The translations under genes were made by a program, and so were the position numbers. From Ardenticatenales bacterium (lineage in GTDB: Bacteria; Chloroflexota; Anaerolineae; Epilineales; Epilineaceae): 39,044 nt of DNA. Position 1 is the stretch's first letter. Each line of letters begins with the position of its first letter. The notes under the pieces were generated by a model that saw nothing but the letters and a program-made list of their open reading frames with translations, ran no database searches and was not told the DNA's origin. Positions 1 to 9,011 of this stretch are shown piece by piece. The stretch is taken from positions 1-39,044 of the forward strand of contig JBDTSC010000003.1 in assembly GCA_039931375.1 (NCBI GenBank), read 5' to 3'.

Positions 1-63
1 TCGCCACCACCGCCTGCCGGCTCGTCGCCGAACCGCGAATGGGTTCCGTCAAGCAGAGGAGTC

Positions 64-1213
64 ATGACCGTGGATGATATCATCGCCCGCCTGTCCGAAC
101 TCGAGGATCGCCTCCGCCGCGTCCTCAACCGTCTTTGACCTGGCTGAACGCACCACGGAGGCGGACCGGCTCGAAGCGGAAACGCTGAGCCCGACGTTCT
201 GGTCCGATGCCGACACCGCACGGCGCACGATGCGCCGATTGAACGAACTGCGCGGCGAGGTCGAACGCTGGACCAGCGTCGGCGTGCGCATGGCGGATGC
301 CCGCGAGCTGGCCGAACTGGCGCAGCTCGAGGCCGCTGACGATCAGATCGCCATGGCCGCCGAGCTCGACGGCGAGGTCACCGGGATCGAGACCACGCTG
401 GACGACATGGAGCGATCGCTGCTGTTCTCCGGCGAGTACGACGCGTACGACGCGATCCTCAGCATCCACGCCGGCGCGGGCGGCACGGACAGCCAGGACT
501 GGGCGGACATGCTGCTGCGGATGTACATGCGATGGGCGGACCGGCACGGCTTCCAGACCGAGATCCTCGATCGATCGGACGGCGAAGAGGCCGGCATCAA
601 GAGCGCCACGCTGTCGATCCAGGGCCGCAACGTGTACGGGCTGCTGCGCAGCGAGCGTGGAACGCACCGTCTGGTGCGGATCTCGCCGTTCGACTCCGCC
701 GCCCGGCGCCAGACGGGCTTCGCGCTCATCGAGGTGTCCCCGCTGATCGAGGACGACGTCGCGATCGACGTGCGGGACGAGGATCTGCGCGTGGACGTCT
801 ATCGCGCCAGCGGCGCCGGCGGCCAGCACGTGAACAAGACGTCCAGCGCCGTGCGGATGACCCACCTGCCGACCGGCGTCGTCGTCACGTGCCAGAACGA
901 GCGCTCACAAGCGCAGAATCGGGATACGGCGATGAAAATCCTTCGCGCCCGGCTGCTCGAGCTGGAGCTCGAGAAGCGCGAGGCCGAGCAGGCGCGGATC
1001 AAGGGCGATCACGTCTCCGCGGAGTGGGGCAACCAGATTCGATCCTACGTCCTGCACCCGTATCAGATGGTGAAGGATCACCGCACCGAGCTGGAGACCG
1101 GGCGGACGCAGGCCGTGCTGGACGGCGACATCGACCTGTTCATCGACGCCTGGATGCGGCACCAGATCGGCGAGCCCGTCGACCGATCCGCCGGCGCCGG
1201 CGCCACCCGCTGA
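64..1213 (+). CDS. prfB: Peptide chain release factor 2, translated via programmed +1 frameshift
   Basis: AGAGGAG SD at 55-61 and ATG at 64. ORF1 (MTVDDIIARLSELEDRLRRVLNRL) ends at CTT TGA C (133-139), and the +1 frame continues DLAE... to TGA 1213. Contains the SPF anticodon-mimic motif (RISPFD) and GGQ (GAGGQHVN). Confidence 0.97.
133..139 (+). promoter_or_regulatory. prfB +1 ribosomal frameshift site CTT-TGA-C
   Basis: Canonical CTTTGAC at codons 24-25, in frame with ATG 64. Confidence 0.93.
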
Positions 1214-1221
1214 GCGCGGCG

Positions 1222-1878
1222 ATGTGGACGCCGTTCGCCCGCCGCGCTCTCCAGCCGCGCCTCGCCTTGATCGTCGATGCCCTGGCGCGATGGGGCGTTG
1301 AGCCGAACACGCTGACGTTCGCCGGCGTATGGCTGCACGCGCCCGTCGTCTGGCTGCTCGCCCGCCACACCGCCGCGTGGCCCGCCGGCGTCGCCCTCGC
1401 GCTGGCGGGCGCGTTCGACTCCCTCGACGGCGCGCTGGCGCGGGCGACGGGCCGCACGTCGCCGTTCGGCGCGTTCCTGGACAGCGTTGTCGACCGCGTC
1501 TCGGAGTCGCTGATCTGTTGCGGGCTGGTGCTGCGCGCCTACCTGATCGGCCAGTGGCCGCTGGCGATCTGGGCGTGCGTTATGCTGGCCGGCTCGCTGC
1601 TCGTCTCGTACGTGCGGGCGAGAGGCGCCGGCATCGGCGTCGACACCAAGGTCGGGTGGTTCGGGCGGTTCGAGCGGGTCATCGTCCTGATTGCCGGGCT
1701 GCTCAGCGGATGGCTGCTACCGGCCGTGATCATCATCGCGGTCGGTTCGTGGGCGACGGCGATCGCGCGGGCGATCGACGTGTGGCGCCGGGCGCCGCGG
1801 GCGGCGCTCAGCGACGCGACGGCCCTCGGCCAAGCCGGACCGAGCGACGATCCGATGGCCGCCGAGGTCCGCGCGTGA
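1222..1878 (+). CDS. CDP-alcohol phosphatidyltransferase (PgsA/PIP synthase-like)
   Basis: Signature DSLDGALARATGRTSPFGAFLDSVVDR, hydrophobic helices, SYVRAR and GWFGRFER. ATG is 8 nt after the prfB stop. Confidence 0.92.
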   Translation: MWTPFARRALQPRLALIVDALARWGVEPNTLTFAGVWLHAPVVWLLARHTAAWPAGVALALAGAFDSLDGALARATGRTSPFGAFLDSVVDRVSESLICCGLVLRAYLIGQWPLAIWACVMLAGSLLVSYVRARGAGIGVDTKVGWFGRFERVIVLIAGLLSGWLLPAVIIIAVGSWATAIARAIDVWRRAPRAALSDATALGQAGPSDDPMAAEVRA

Positions 1879-3149
1879 CGCGGCGGCGCTGGATCTTCGC
1901 GAGCGGCGCGGCGCTCGTGGTGGTCGGGGTCCTGGCGGCATCCGGGACCGGGACGCGCGCTTGGCGCGCGGCGTACCCATACCTTCCGGCGCGCGTACAG
2001 GCGGTGCCGTACCGTCTGGCGGCGCTGGTGCGCCGTCCGGCAACGCCCGTCGCCCTTCCCACGCCCCGCCCGCCGGGCCCGGCCGAGCCTCCTTCGTCCG
2101 CCGTGCCGCCGGGCGCGCAGCCGGGCGCGCAGCCGGCCGCCACAATGCATCGGCCGGCAACGGACCCGCCCACATCGCCGTCGACGCCGCTTCCGACGCC
2201 CGGGCCGATCCCGACGTCGATCACCGGCACCGCCCAACTGTCGGGGGTCACGCACGCATACCAGACATGGAACAACTGCGGGCCGGCGACGATCAGCATG
2301 GCGCTGAGCGTGCTGGGCCTCGACGAAGGGCAGGCGCAGGCGGCCGTGCGGCTGAAGCCGAATCCGAACGACAAGAACGTGAGCCTGGACGAGCTGGCGC
2401 GGTACGCCGCCGAACGCGGCGCGGCCACGACGCTGCGCTACGGCGGCCGGATCGACGCGCTGATGGCGCTCGTGCGCTCGGGCTGGCCGGTGATCGTCGA
2501 GACGTGGTTCGAGCCGGAGCCGGGCGATGAGATGGGCCACTATCGGCTTGTGACGGGCTTTGACGCGGAGCGGCGCACGCTGACGCTCTCGGACAGCTAT
2601 CTCGGACCGGCGATCACCGAGCCGTTCGATCGCTTCGACGCGGACTGGCGGGCGTTCGACCGGGCGCTGCTGGTCGTCCATCCGCCGCAGGTGGCGCCCG
2701 ACGTCGTGGCCATCGTCGGCGACGGCGGGGCCGCGATGTGGATTCGCGCCGCGGCGACGGCGTCCGAGGAGATCGCGCGGAACGCGGACGCCTTCGGCTG
2801 GTTCAACCTCGGGACGAGCCTTCAAGGCAGCGGCGACAGCGCCGGGGCGGCGACGGCGTTTGACCGCGCGCGGGCCATCGGGTTGCCGTGGCGGATGCTG
2901 TGGTACCAGTTCGCGCCGTTCGAGGCGTACGCGAGCGTCGGCCGCTGGTCGGACGTGAAGGCGCTGGCGGACGCGAACCTGAAAAACGCCGCTGACCTCG
3001 AGGAGTCCTGGTACTGGCTCGGCCGCGCCCGCGACGCGGACGGCGATCGGCCAGGCGCGATCGCCGCGTGGCGGGGGGCGAGCGACCTCAACCCGTTGTA
3101 CGAGGCACCAGCGAACGCGCTCGCGGCGGTCGGCGGCGGCGCGCCGTAG
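1875..3149 (+). CDS. Membrane-anchored C39-like cysteine peptidase with Pro/Thr linker and C-terminal TPR-like repeats
   Basis: GTGA overlap with the upstream stop. N-terminal RRR plus hydrophobic segment, P/T-rich linker, QTWNNCGPA (Gln/Cys), GHYRLVTGFD (His), SDSY (Asp), and TPR-like AFGWFNLG...AFDRA and ESWYWLGRA...NPLY. Confidence 0.85.
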   Translation: MTRRRWIFASGAALVVVGVLAASGTGTRAWRAAYPYLPARVQAVPYRLAALVRRPATPVALPTPRPPGPAEPPSSAVPPGAQPGAQPAATMHRPATDPPTSPSTPLPTPGPIPTSITGTAQLSGVTHAYQTWNNCGPATISMALSVLGLDEGQAQAAVRLKPNPNDKNVSLDELARYAAERGAATTLRYGGRIDALMALVRSGWPVIVETWFEPEPGDEMGHYRLVTGFDAERRTLTLSDSYLGPAITEPFDRFDADWRAFDRALLVVHPPQVAPDVVAIVGDGGAAMWIRAAATASEEIARNADAFGWFNLGTSLQGSGDSAGAATAFDRARAIGLPWRMLWYQFAPFEAYASVGRWSDVKALADANLKNAADLEESWYWLGRARDADGDRPGAIAAWRGASDLNPLYEAPANALAAVGGGAP

Positions 3150-3220
3150 GCGCGATGTCGGTGCGCCGACCGATCGACGACGATGTTCGGTGGTGCGGGC
3201 CCGCGCGGACGCGCAAGACC

Positions 3221-3249
3221 TTCCCCGAAATGCCCGGTTCTGCTATGCT
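3221..3249 (+). promoter_or_regulatory. Putative sigma70 promoter (extended -10) for the lipoprotein-lgt genes
   Basis: TTCCCC-17 nt-TATGCT with TG at the extended -10 position (TGcTATGCT, 3241-3249) in an intergenic gap. Confidence 0.4.
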
Positions 3250-3377
3250 CGCCCCCGCTGCCCTACGAGCGGGCCATGCCGACGCGTTCAGCCCCGCGGT
3301 ATCGTTCTGCCGCACGCCGGCGCTCATACCTCCACCGGCCCTGACGAAGACCGGATCCCGTCGAGCGGAGTCGAAAG

Positions 3378-4115
3378 ATGCCCGGTCCGCGCGTGCGCGC
3401 TCGATGCGCACCTCTCCTGCTGGCGCCGAGCATGCTGCTCGGCGCATGTCGCGCCATCGACCCGCCGACCGTCACCCCTTCCGCCCCGCAGAGCGCCGGC
3501 GCGACCACCTTTGAGATGACCGTGCCCGCCCCCGCGCCTGCTCAGCTGGCGCCGGTGCCCGTGACGATCGGCGCCAGCGCGTTGTTCGACGATCCGGGTG
3601 GACTGTTCAAGATCGAGGTGCCGGATGGCTGGACGGAGAGCCGCCAGCCGCTCGATCCGGACAAGAACCCGTTCCTCAAGGTCGGCACCGTGTTCCTGGC
3701 CCCCGGCGGCGGCGATGCGCTCCTGAGCGTGACGCAGTGGGACAGCGGGCGCAAGCCGAGCGGCCTTGGCGTGACGATCAACCAGGTGCTCCGCGAGGTG
3801 ACCGGCTGGATGGACCAGCCCGGCTATCGCGAGGTGAACCGCGAGACCGTCATGGAGCGCAAGGGCGAGGCGCTGCGCATCGAGATCCAGTACACGCGGT
3901 CCAGCGGTGTGCCGATGCACAGCCTGGCGCTGTTCCAGATCGACGGCACGACCTTTTCCATGGTGAACGTGAGCGTCGAGGAGGGCAGCTGGGCCGCTGA
4001 CGATGGCCGTGTCCGCGAGATCCTGCGCACGTACGTGCCGAACGCCGCCGCCCCGCCGCCACCGGGCGCCGCCGCCGCGGCGTCCGCCGCGGCGCCGACC
4101 GCCGCCGCGCCCTAG
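3378..4115 (+). CDS. Lipoprotein, possibly PsbP/DcrB-like fold
   Basis: Basic N-terminus, hydrophobic stretch and lipobox LLGA-C. FDDPGGLFKIEVPDGW resembles PsbP-like N-terminal motifs. Lies directly upstream of lgt. Confidence 0.65.
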   Translation: MPGPRVRARCAPLLLAPSMLLGACRAIDPPTVTPSAPQSAGATTFEMTVPAPAPAQLAPVPVTIGASALFDDPGGLFKIEVPDGWTESRQPLDPDKNPFLKVGTVFLAPGGGDALLSVTQWDSGRKPSGLGVTINQVLREVTGWMDQPGYREVNRETVMERKGEALRIEIQYTRSSGVPMHSLALFQIDGTTFSMVNVSVEEGSWAADDGRVREILRTYVPNAAAPPPPGAAAAASAAAPTAAAP

Positions 4116-4193
4116 TCCGTCGACGGCCCGCAGTCGGGCCGTCGCTCGTCCGCCGCTCGTCCGCCCTACCCCGCCTTCCGCTAGGAGACGACC

Positions 4194-5048
4194 ATGCCGA
4201 TGCCGCCCGATCCCGTCGCCTTTACCATCCGACTGTTTGGCTTTCAGCGCGAGGTATTCTGGTACGGGATCATGATCACGCTCGGCACGCTGGCCGGCGC
4301 GTACGTGGCGGATCGCGCCGCCAAGAAGCGCGGGTTGAACCCGGATCACGTCTGGAACGCGCTCATCGTCATGATGATCCTCGGGTTGCTGGGCGCGCGG
4401 CTCTACCACGTGTTCTCGCTGCCGGCCAACGTCGACCCGGCGGTACGCAAAGAGTACTTCGACCATCCACTTTCGATCATCAACTTCCTGAGCAGCGGCC
4501 TGCGCGGCCTTGGAATCTACGGCGCGATCGCCGGTGGATTGCTCGGACTGTGGCTGTATACCCGCTTCATGCACCTATCCTTCGCCCAGTGGTGCGACCT
4601 CGCCGCCCTCGGCGCGCCGCTCGGACAGGCGATCGGCCGCTGGGGGAATTGGTTCAACCAGGAGCTGTACGGGACGCCGACCCGTCTGCCGTGGGGCACG
4701 CCGATCAGCCCTGAGAATCGGCTGCCCCAGTTCCAGGGGCTGCCGCCCGAGGTGCGCTTTCATCCGACGTTCCTCTACGAGTCGCTGCTGAACCTGCTGG
4801 CGTTCTTCATCCTCATGTACATCGCCGACCGGTGGTCGGACCGGCTGCGCAAGGGCGACCTGGCGTTGATCTACCTGATCTTGTATCCGCTCGGCCGCTA
4901 CGTTGTCGAGCTGCAGCGTCCGGACGCCTGGACGGCGGGTGGGGTGCCCGTCGCGCAGATCCTCGGCGTGGCCTCCGTCATCGTCGCGTCGATCGTGATC
5001 CTCGTGCGACACGGCATGCAGCACCGGCTGGCCGGCGCGCAGGCCTGA
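4194..5048 (+). CDS. lgt: Prolipoprotein diacylglyceryl transferase
   Basis: WYG, GARLYHV, GQAIGRWGNWFNQELYG and HPTFLYES motifs. AGGAG SD upstream. Confidence 0.97.
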   Translation: MPMPPDPVAFTIRLFGFQREVFWYGIMITLGTLAGAYVADRAAKKRGLNPDHVWNALIVMMILGLLGARLYHVFSLPANVDPAVRKEYFDHPLSIINFLSSGLRGLGIYGAIAGGLLGLWLYTRFMHLSFAQWCDLAALGAPLGQAIGRWGNWFNQELYGTPTRLPWGTPISPENRLPQFQGLPPEVRFHPTFLYESLLNLLAFFILMYIADRWSDRLRKGDLALIYLILYPLGRYVVELQRPDAWTAGGVPVAQILGVASVIVASIVILVRHGMQHRLAGAQA

Positions 5049-5114
5049 GGTGCCGACGTCCGCCGCCGCTCGCATCCCCACCCGATCCGCTCCCGACCAC
5101 GCCCGCGCCGCGCG

Positions 5115-7211
5115 ATGCACCCGCTGACCGTCGATCCCGTCGGCTATGCGCGTCTGGCGGTGGCGGTGGCGGTATGGTTGACGGTGCCGGGATCGGCTGT
5201 GCTCACGCTGGTGCGGCATCCGTCGCGCGGCCTCGGCCGCCTTGCGCTCGCCCTCGGCCTCAGCGTAGCGGTCGTGCCGCTGGCGACGCTTTGGTGGTCG
5301 ACGGCCGCCGCGGGCTGGACGCGCGGCGGGCTACTGTTCGCGCTGGCCGCTTGCGGCGCGGTCACGCTGATCTGGGGCGCGCGGCTCTGGCAGCGACGGC
5401 GCACGGACGGCGGGAGCGAGCGGATCGCAGCCGCCATCGCGCTCTTGATCGTGCTGGCGATGGCGATCGCGCTGCGGGCCAGCCAGGCGGTCGACCTCGT
5501 CGCCGCGCCGTGGGTGGACGGGTACCATCACACGTTGATGACCCAGCTGTTCATCGACCACGGCGGCATCCCGGACGGGTATCGTCCATACCTTGCGGTC
5601 GACGGCTTCTACTACCACTTTGGTTTTCACGCGCTCGCGGCCGCCATCGCCGTCGTCGCGATGGCGCCGGCGCGGCTGGCCGTGCTCTGGCTCGGCCAGG
5701 CGCTGAACGCCGGCGCCAGCCTCTCGACGTGGTACCTGGCCCGCCGGCTCGGCGTCTCGCCAGCCGCTTCTGTCTGGGCCGCGGCCCTGCCGACAGGCCT
5801 CTATTTCTTTCCGGCCTACTTCGTGAGCTGGGGCCGCGAGACCCAGCTGACCGGCCTGGTCGTCCTGCCCGTGGCGCTTATGCTGCTCGTGGACGCGGTT
5901 CGGCCGGAGCCGGCCGAACGGACACTGGCCGAATCGATCCTTCAGGACATCGACGCGCCGCTTGGGCCCAGGGCCGTCCTGCGCGTCGCGGCGGCCGCGA
6001 TCGCCGCGGCGGGATTGCTGCTCGTTCACTATCGCGTGATGGTGTTCTACGCGATCGGTGCGCTCGTGCTGTGCGGCTGGCTGGCGGGTGCGGCGTGGAA
6101 CCCGGACAACCGCATGGCCGTCCGCGCGGCGTTCGCCCGGCTGGCCGCGACCGCCGTCCTTGCGGTGGCGCTCGTCAGCCCGTGGCTGTTCTTTCATCTC
6201 CTGCCCGGCATCCGCCACCTCCGCGCCGCCGCCGAAGGTTGGTACCTCGGTCCAAGCGGCATCGAAACGGTAGAAGCCTGGCAGCTGACGATCGACCAGA
6301 ACGCCTTCTGGCTCGGTCTCGCGGCCGTGGGCGTGGTCTGGGCGATGGCGCTTAGGCGGCCGGCGGCGCTCGCTCTCGGCGCGTGGCTTGCGCTGGCGGT
6401 GCTCGCCGTCAGCCCGCCGCTCGTCGGCTTGCCCCGGACGTGGATGCTGCCGCCGTCCGCCCTGCTGATCAGCCTGTTCATCCCGGTCGCGATCGGGGTG
6501 GCCCTGTTCGTCGAGCGCTGCGCCGCGCTGGGCGAGCGGTACGCGCGGGGCCGCGGGCGCGTGCCGTGGGTTGTTGCGCTGGGGGCGGTGGCGGTGCTGG
6601 GCGTCGGCGTGGCGTTCGGTGATCGTCCCGGCGTCGCGGCTCGCTCAGCCGTCGTGAACCCGGACACCGTCCTGCTGGCGCCGGCGGACATCGAGGCGAT
6701 GGCGTGGGTGCGGGTGAACACGCCCGGCGATGCGCGATTCCTGGTCGGCACGCAGCATTGGCAGTTCGGCACGTACCGCGGCATCGACGGCGGCTACTGG
6801 CTGCCGCTCCTGGCCGAGCGACAGACGAACGTGCCGGCCGCGCTGTACACCTACGGCGACCCGGCGGACGTGCGGACGATCACGGCGCTGTGCGAGCGCG
6901 TTGCCCTCGGGGATGCCTTGAGCGCGGGCGAGCTCACGGCCACCATGGCGGACGCGGGCGCCGACTACGTCTATATCGGGGCGCTTCATCGCCCGGAACG
7001 CGGCTTTTCGAAGGAGCGTTTGCTCCTGCAGCCCGACTTGGTGCAGGTTTATGCCCACGACGAGGTCACGATCTTCGGCCGGCGCTCGCTAGAGTCCACG
7101 GCGCCGGAGCGCACTGCGGGCGGCGCCGGCCAGAATCCAAGCGACGTCGTCCAGGGATCGATCGAATCGAATCGCGATGTCGCAAGCGGCGACGACGCCA
7201 CGAACGGCTGA
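5115..7211 (+). CDS. Polytopic membrane protein, probable GT-C-fold glycosyltransferase
   Basis: Many TM segments. First external loop PWVDGYHH...FYYHFGFHAL has an acidic residue after the early TMs. C-terminal soluble domain DIEAMAWVRVNTPGDARF...DGGYWLP...ADYVYIG is typical of GT-C-like membrane proteins. Confidence 0.65.
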   Translation: MHPLTVDPVGYARLAVAVAVWLTVPGSAVLTLVRHPSRGLGRLALALGLSVAVVPLATLWWSTAAAGWTRGGLLFALAACGAVTLIWGARLWQRRRTDGGSERIAAAIALLIVLAMAIALRASQAVDLVAAPWVDGYHHTLMTQLFIDHGGIPDGYRPYLAVDGFYYHFGFHALAAAIAVVAMAPARLAVLWLGQALNAGASLSTWYLARRLGVSPAASVWAAALPTGLYFFPAYFVSWGRETQLTGLVVLPVALMLLVDAVRPEPAERTLAESILQDIDAPLGPRAVLRVAAAAIAAAGLLLVHYRVMVFYAIGALVLCGWLAGAAWNPDNRMAVRAAFARLAATAVLAVALVSPWLFFHLLPGIRHLRAAAEGWYLGPSGIETVEAWQLTIDQNAFWLGLAAVGVVWAMALRRPAALALGAWLALAVLAVSPPLVGLPRTWMLPPSALLISLFIPVAIGVALFVERCAALGERYARGRGRVPWVVALGAVAVLGVGVAFGDRPGVAARSAVVNPDTVLLAPADIEAMAWVRVNTPGDARFLVGTQHWQFGTYRGIDGGYWLPLLAERQTNVPAALYTYGDPADVRTITALCERVALGDALSAGELTATMADAGADYVYIGALHRPERGFSKERLLLQPDLVQVYAHDEVTIFGRRSLESTAPERTAGGAGQNPSDVVQGSIESNRDVASGDDATNG

Positions 7212-7217
7212 CAGCGG

Positions 7218-9011
7218 ATGGAGTCACGAATGAGCAGTGTCAAGCGGATGCCGACCTCGCGCGTGCTCTCGGCGGTCGGCGCCAGCGCGCTCCTCATGGC
7301 CCTGGGCGTGCTCGGCGGGGTGGCGCTGCGCGGCCCGGCGAGCGCCCAGGACAGCGCCACGAGCCAGTGCGCCGCCGCGGTCGACAAGTGGGCGTCCCCG
7401 ACGGTCCTCGAGCTCGGCCAGACGACTCGCGTCACGCTGACGTTGACGTCCGCCTGCCCAGCGGAGGCGGCGCCGATCGATGTGATGATGGTGCTCGACG
7501 TGTCCGCCTCCATGGGCGACAACGGCAAGATCCAGAACGCGAAGGCGGCGGGCATCGCGTTCGTGAACGCGATGACGGACGGCTCACGTGTCGGCCTGGT
7601 CAAGTTCAACCAGGACGCCGGCGTCGCGGTCGCGTTGACGGAGGATCGCGCGCGCGTACGCACGGAGCTGGACGTGAACGCCACGAGCGGCCTCACCAAC
7701 GTGTCGCAGGCGATCTCCGTCGCCGCGGACCACCTGATCGCGGCGGGCCGGCCGAGCATCACCCACGCGATGATCGTACTGACGGACGGGAAGAACACCG
7801 TGCCAGCCGATCCGATCCCGGTCGCCGCCCAGCGGGCTAAGGACGTCGGGATCACGGTGGTTACGGTCTGCGCCGGCGGTGCGTGCGACCCGGACCTGCT
7901 GCCGGCCGCGAGCTCGAGCGCCCTGTATTTCAACGTGCCGAACCCCGCGGATCTCGTCGGCCTCTACACCTCCCTGGCCGGCCAGCTGCAGCAAAACGCG
8001 GTCGTTCAGCTCACCGTGCGCGACGTCGTGCCGGACAACATGCGCTACGTCGCCGGATCGGCGCAGCCCGCGGCGGACGAATCGATCGAGCCCGGATCCG
8101 GCCGCACGGTTTTGACGTGGCGCCTGGCCGGCGACATCCCGGCCCCCGGTCTGAGCTATCTGGTCGAACCGCTCGAACAGGGCGAGCACCCGACAAACGT
8201 GATCGCCACGGGTGACTTCGTGGACCGCAAGGGGCTGCGGGGCAGCGTGCTGTTCCCGGTGCCGAGCGTCATCGTGCCGGGCGGCTGCCCGCGCCGGCCG
8301 ATGGAGGTGTACTTCCTGATCGACGACAGCACGTGCCTCCTGGGCGCGTCGCTGTCCGGTCTCGACTCGAAGGAGGCGATCGCCCAAGGCGTGAGCCGCG
8401 TGCTCGACATGATGGACATGAATCAGGACACGGCGGCCGTCATCGGCTTCGGCAGCATCGCGACGATCTACCAGACGTTGACCCACGACCACGCCGCCGT
8501 CGTCGACGGCGTCCGGCGCGTGGCGATGCAGGACCAGGCGGCGCGGCTCGACCTCGGCTTCCAGGAGGTGCGCCGCGAGTTGGCCAGCAGCCGCTCCCGC
8601 CCGGACACGGTGAAGATCACGGTGTCGGTGACGGACGGACCGATGATGCCCTCGCCGCTCCGCGCGACCGAGCACGCCAAGAGCCTTCGCGCGAAGGGTT
8701 TCCACCATTACACGATCGGCATCGGGCCGATCGTCCAGCACGGCGTGCTGCGCGCCGTCGCCGAACCCGGCGGCTACCGCGCGCTGCCGCTCGGCGGCGA
8801 CGTGATCGGTGCGTACGTTTCCCTGGGCGGCATGTTCGTTCCGTTGGCGAACGTCTGCCCGCAGACGCCTGGCGTGCCGACGCTAACGCCCGTCATGCCG
8901 ACGCTCGCGCCCACGTCCACGAGCCCGCCGACGGCGGTGGCGCAGGCCACCACGCCGGCCGCGCCGGTGCGGCGCGCGTTCTTCCCGCTCGCGGAGCGCG
9001 GCGCGGAGTAG
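7218..9011 (+). CDS. Secreted double-vWA protein with DUF11-like domain, Pro/Thr linker and C-terminal AFFPLAER motif
   Basis: Signal peptide (...GPASA-Q). vWA1 has MIDAS DVSASM/T/LTDG, and vWA2 has degenerate DDSTC/VTDG. P/T-rich tail. An alternative start at 7230 has a GGAG SD. Confidence 0.88.
   Translation: MESRMSSVKRMPTSRVLSAVGASALLMALGVLGGVALRGPASAQDSATSQCAAAVDKWASPTVLELGQTTRVTLTLTSACPAEAAPIDVMMVLDVSASMGDNGKIQNAKAAGIAFVNAMTDGSRVGLVKFNQDAGVAVALTEDRARVRTELDVNATSGLTNVSQAISVAADHLIAAGRPSITHAMIVLTDGKNTVPADPIPVAAQRAKDVGITVVTVCAGGACDPDLLPAASSSALYFNVPNPADLVGLYTSLAGQLQQNAVVQLTVRDVVPDNMRYVAGSAQPAADESIEPGSGRTVLTWRLAGDIPAPGLSYLVEPLEQGEHPTNVIATGDFVDRKGLRGSVLFPVPSVIVPGGCPRRPMEVYFLIDDSTCLLGASLSGLDSKEAIAQGVSRVLDMMDMNQDTAAVIGFGSIATIYQTLTHDHAAVVDGVRRVAMQDQAARLDLGFQEVRRELASSRSRPDTVKITVSVTDGPMMPSPLRATEHAKSLRAKGFHHYTIGIGPIVQHGVLRAVAEPGGYRALPLGGDVIGAYVSLGGMFVPLANVCPQTPGVPTLTPVMPTLAPTSTSPPTAVAQATTPAAPVRRAFFPLAERGAE

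Noticed and set aside
74-1213. ORF-track 379-aa RF2 starting at ATG 74
   Set aside because: Its N-terminus (MISSPACPNSR) is not RF2-like. The SD, ATG 64 and in-frame CTT-TGA-C indicate the frameshifted gene instead.
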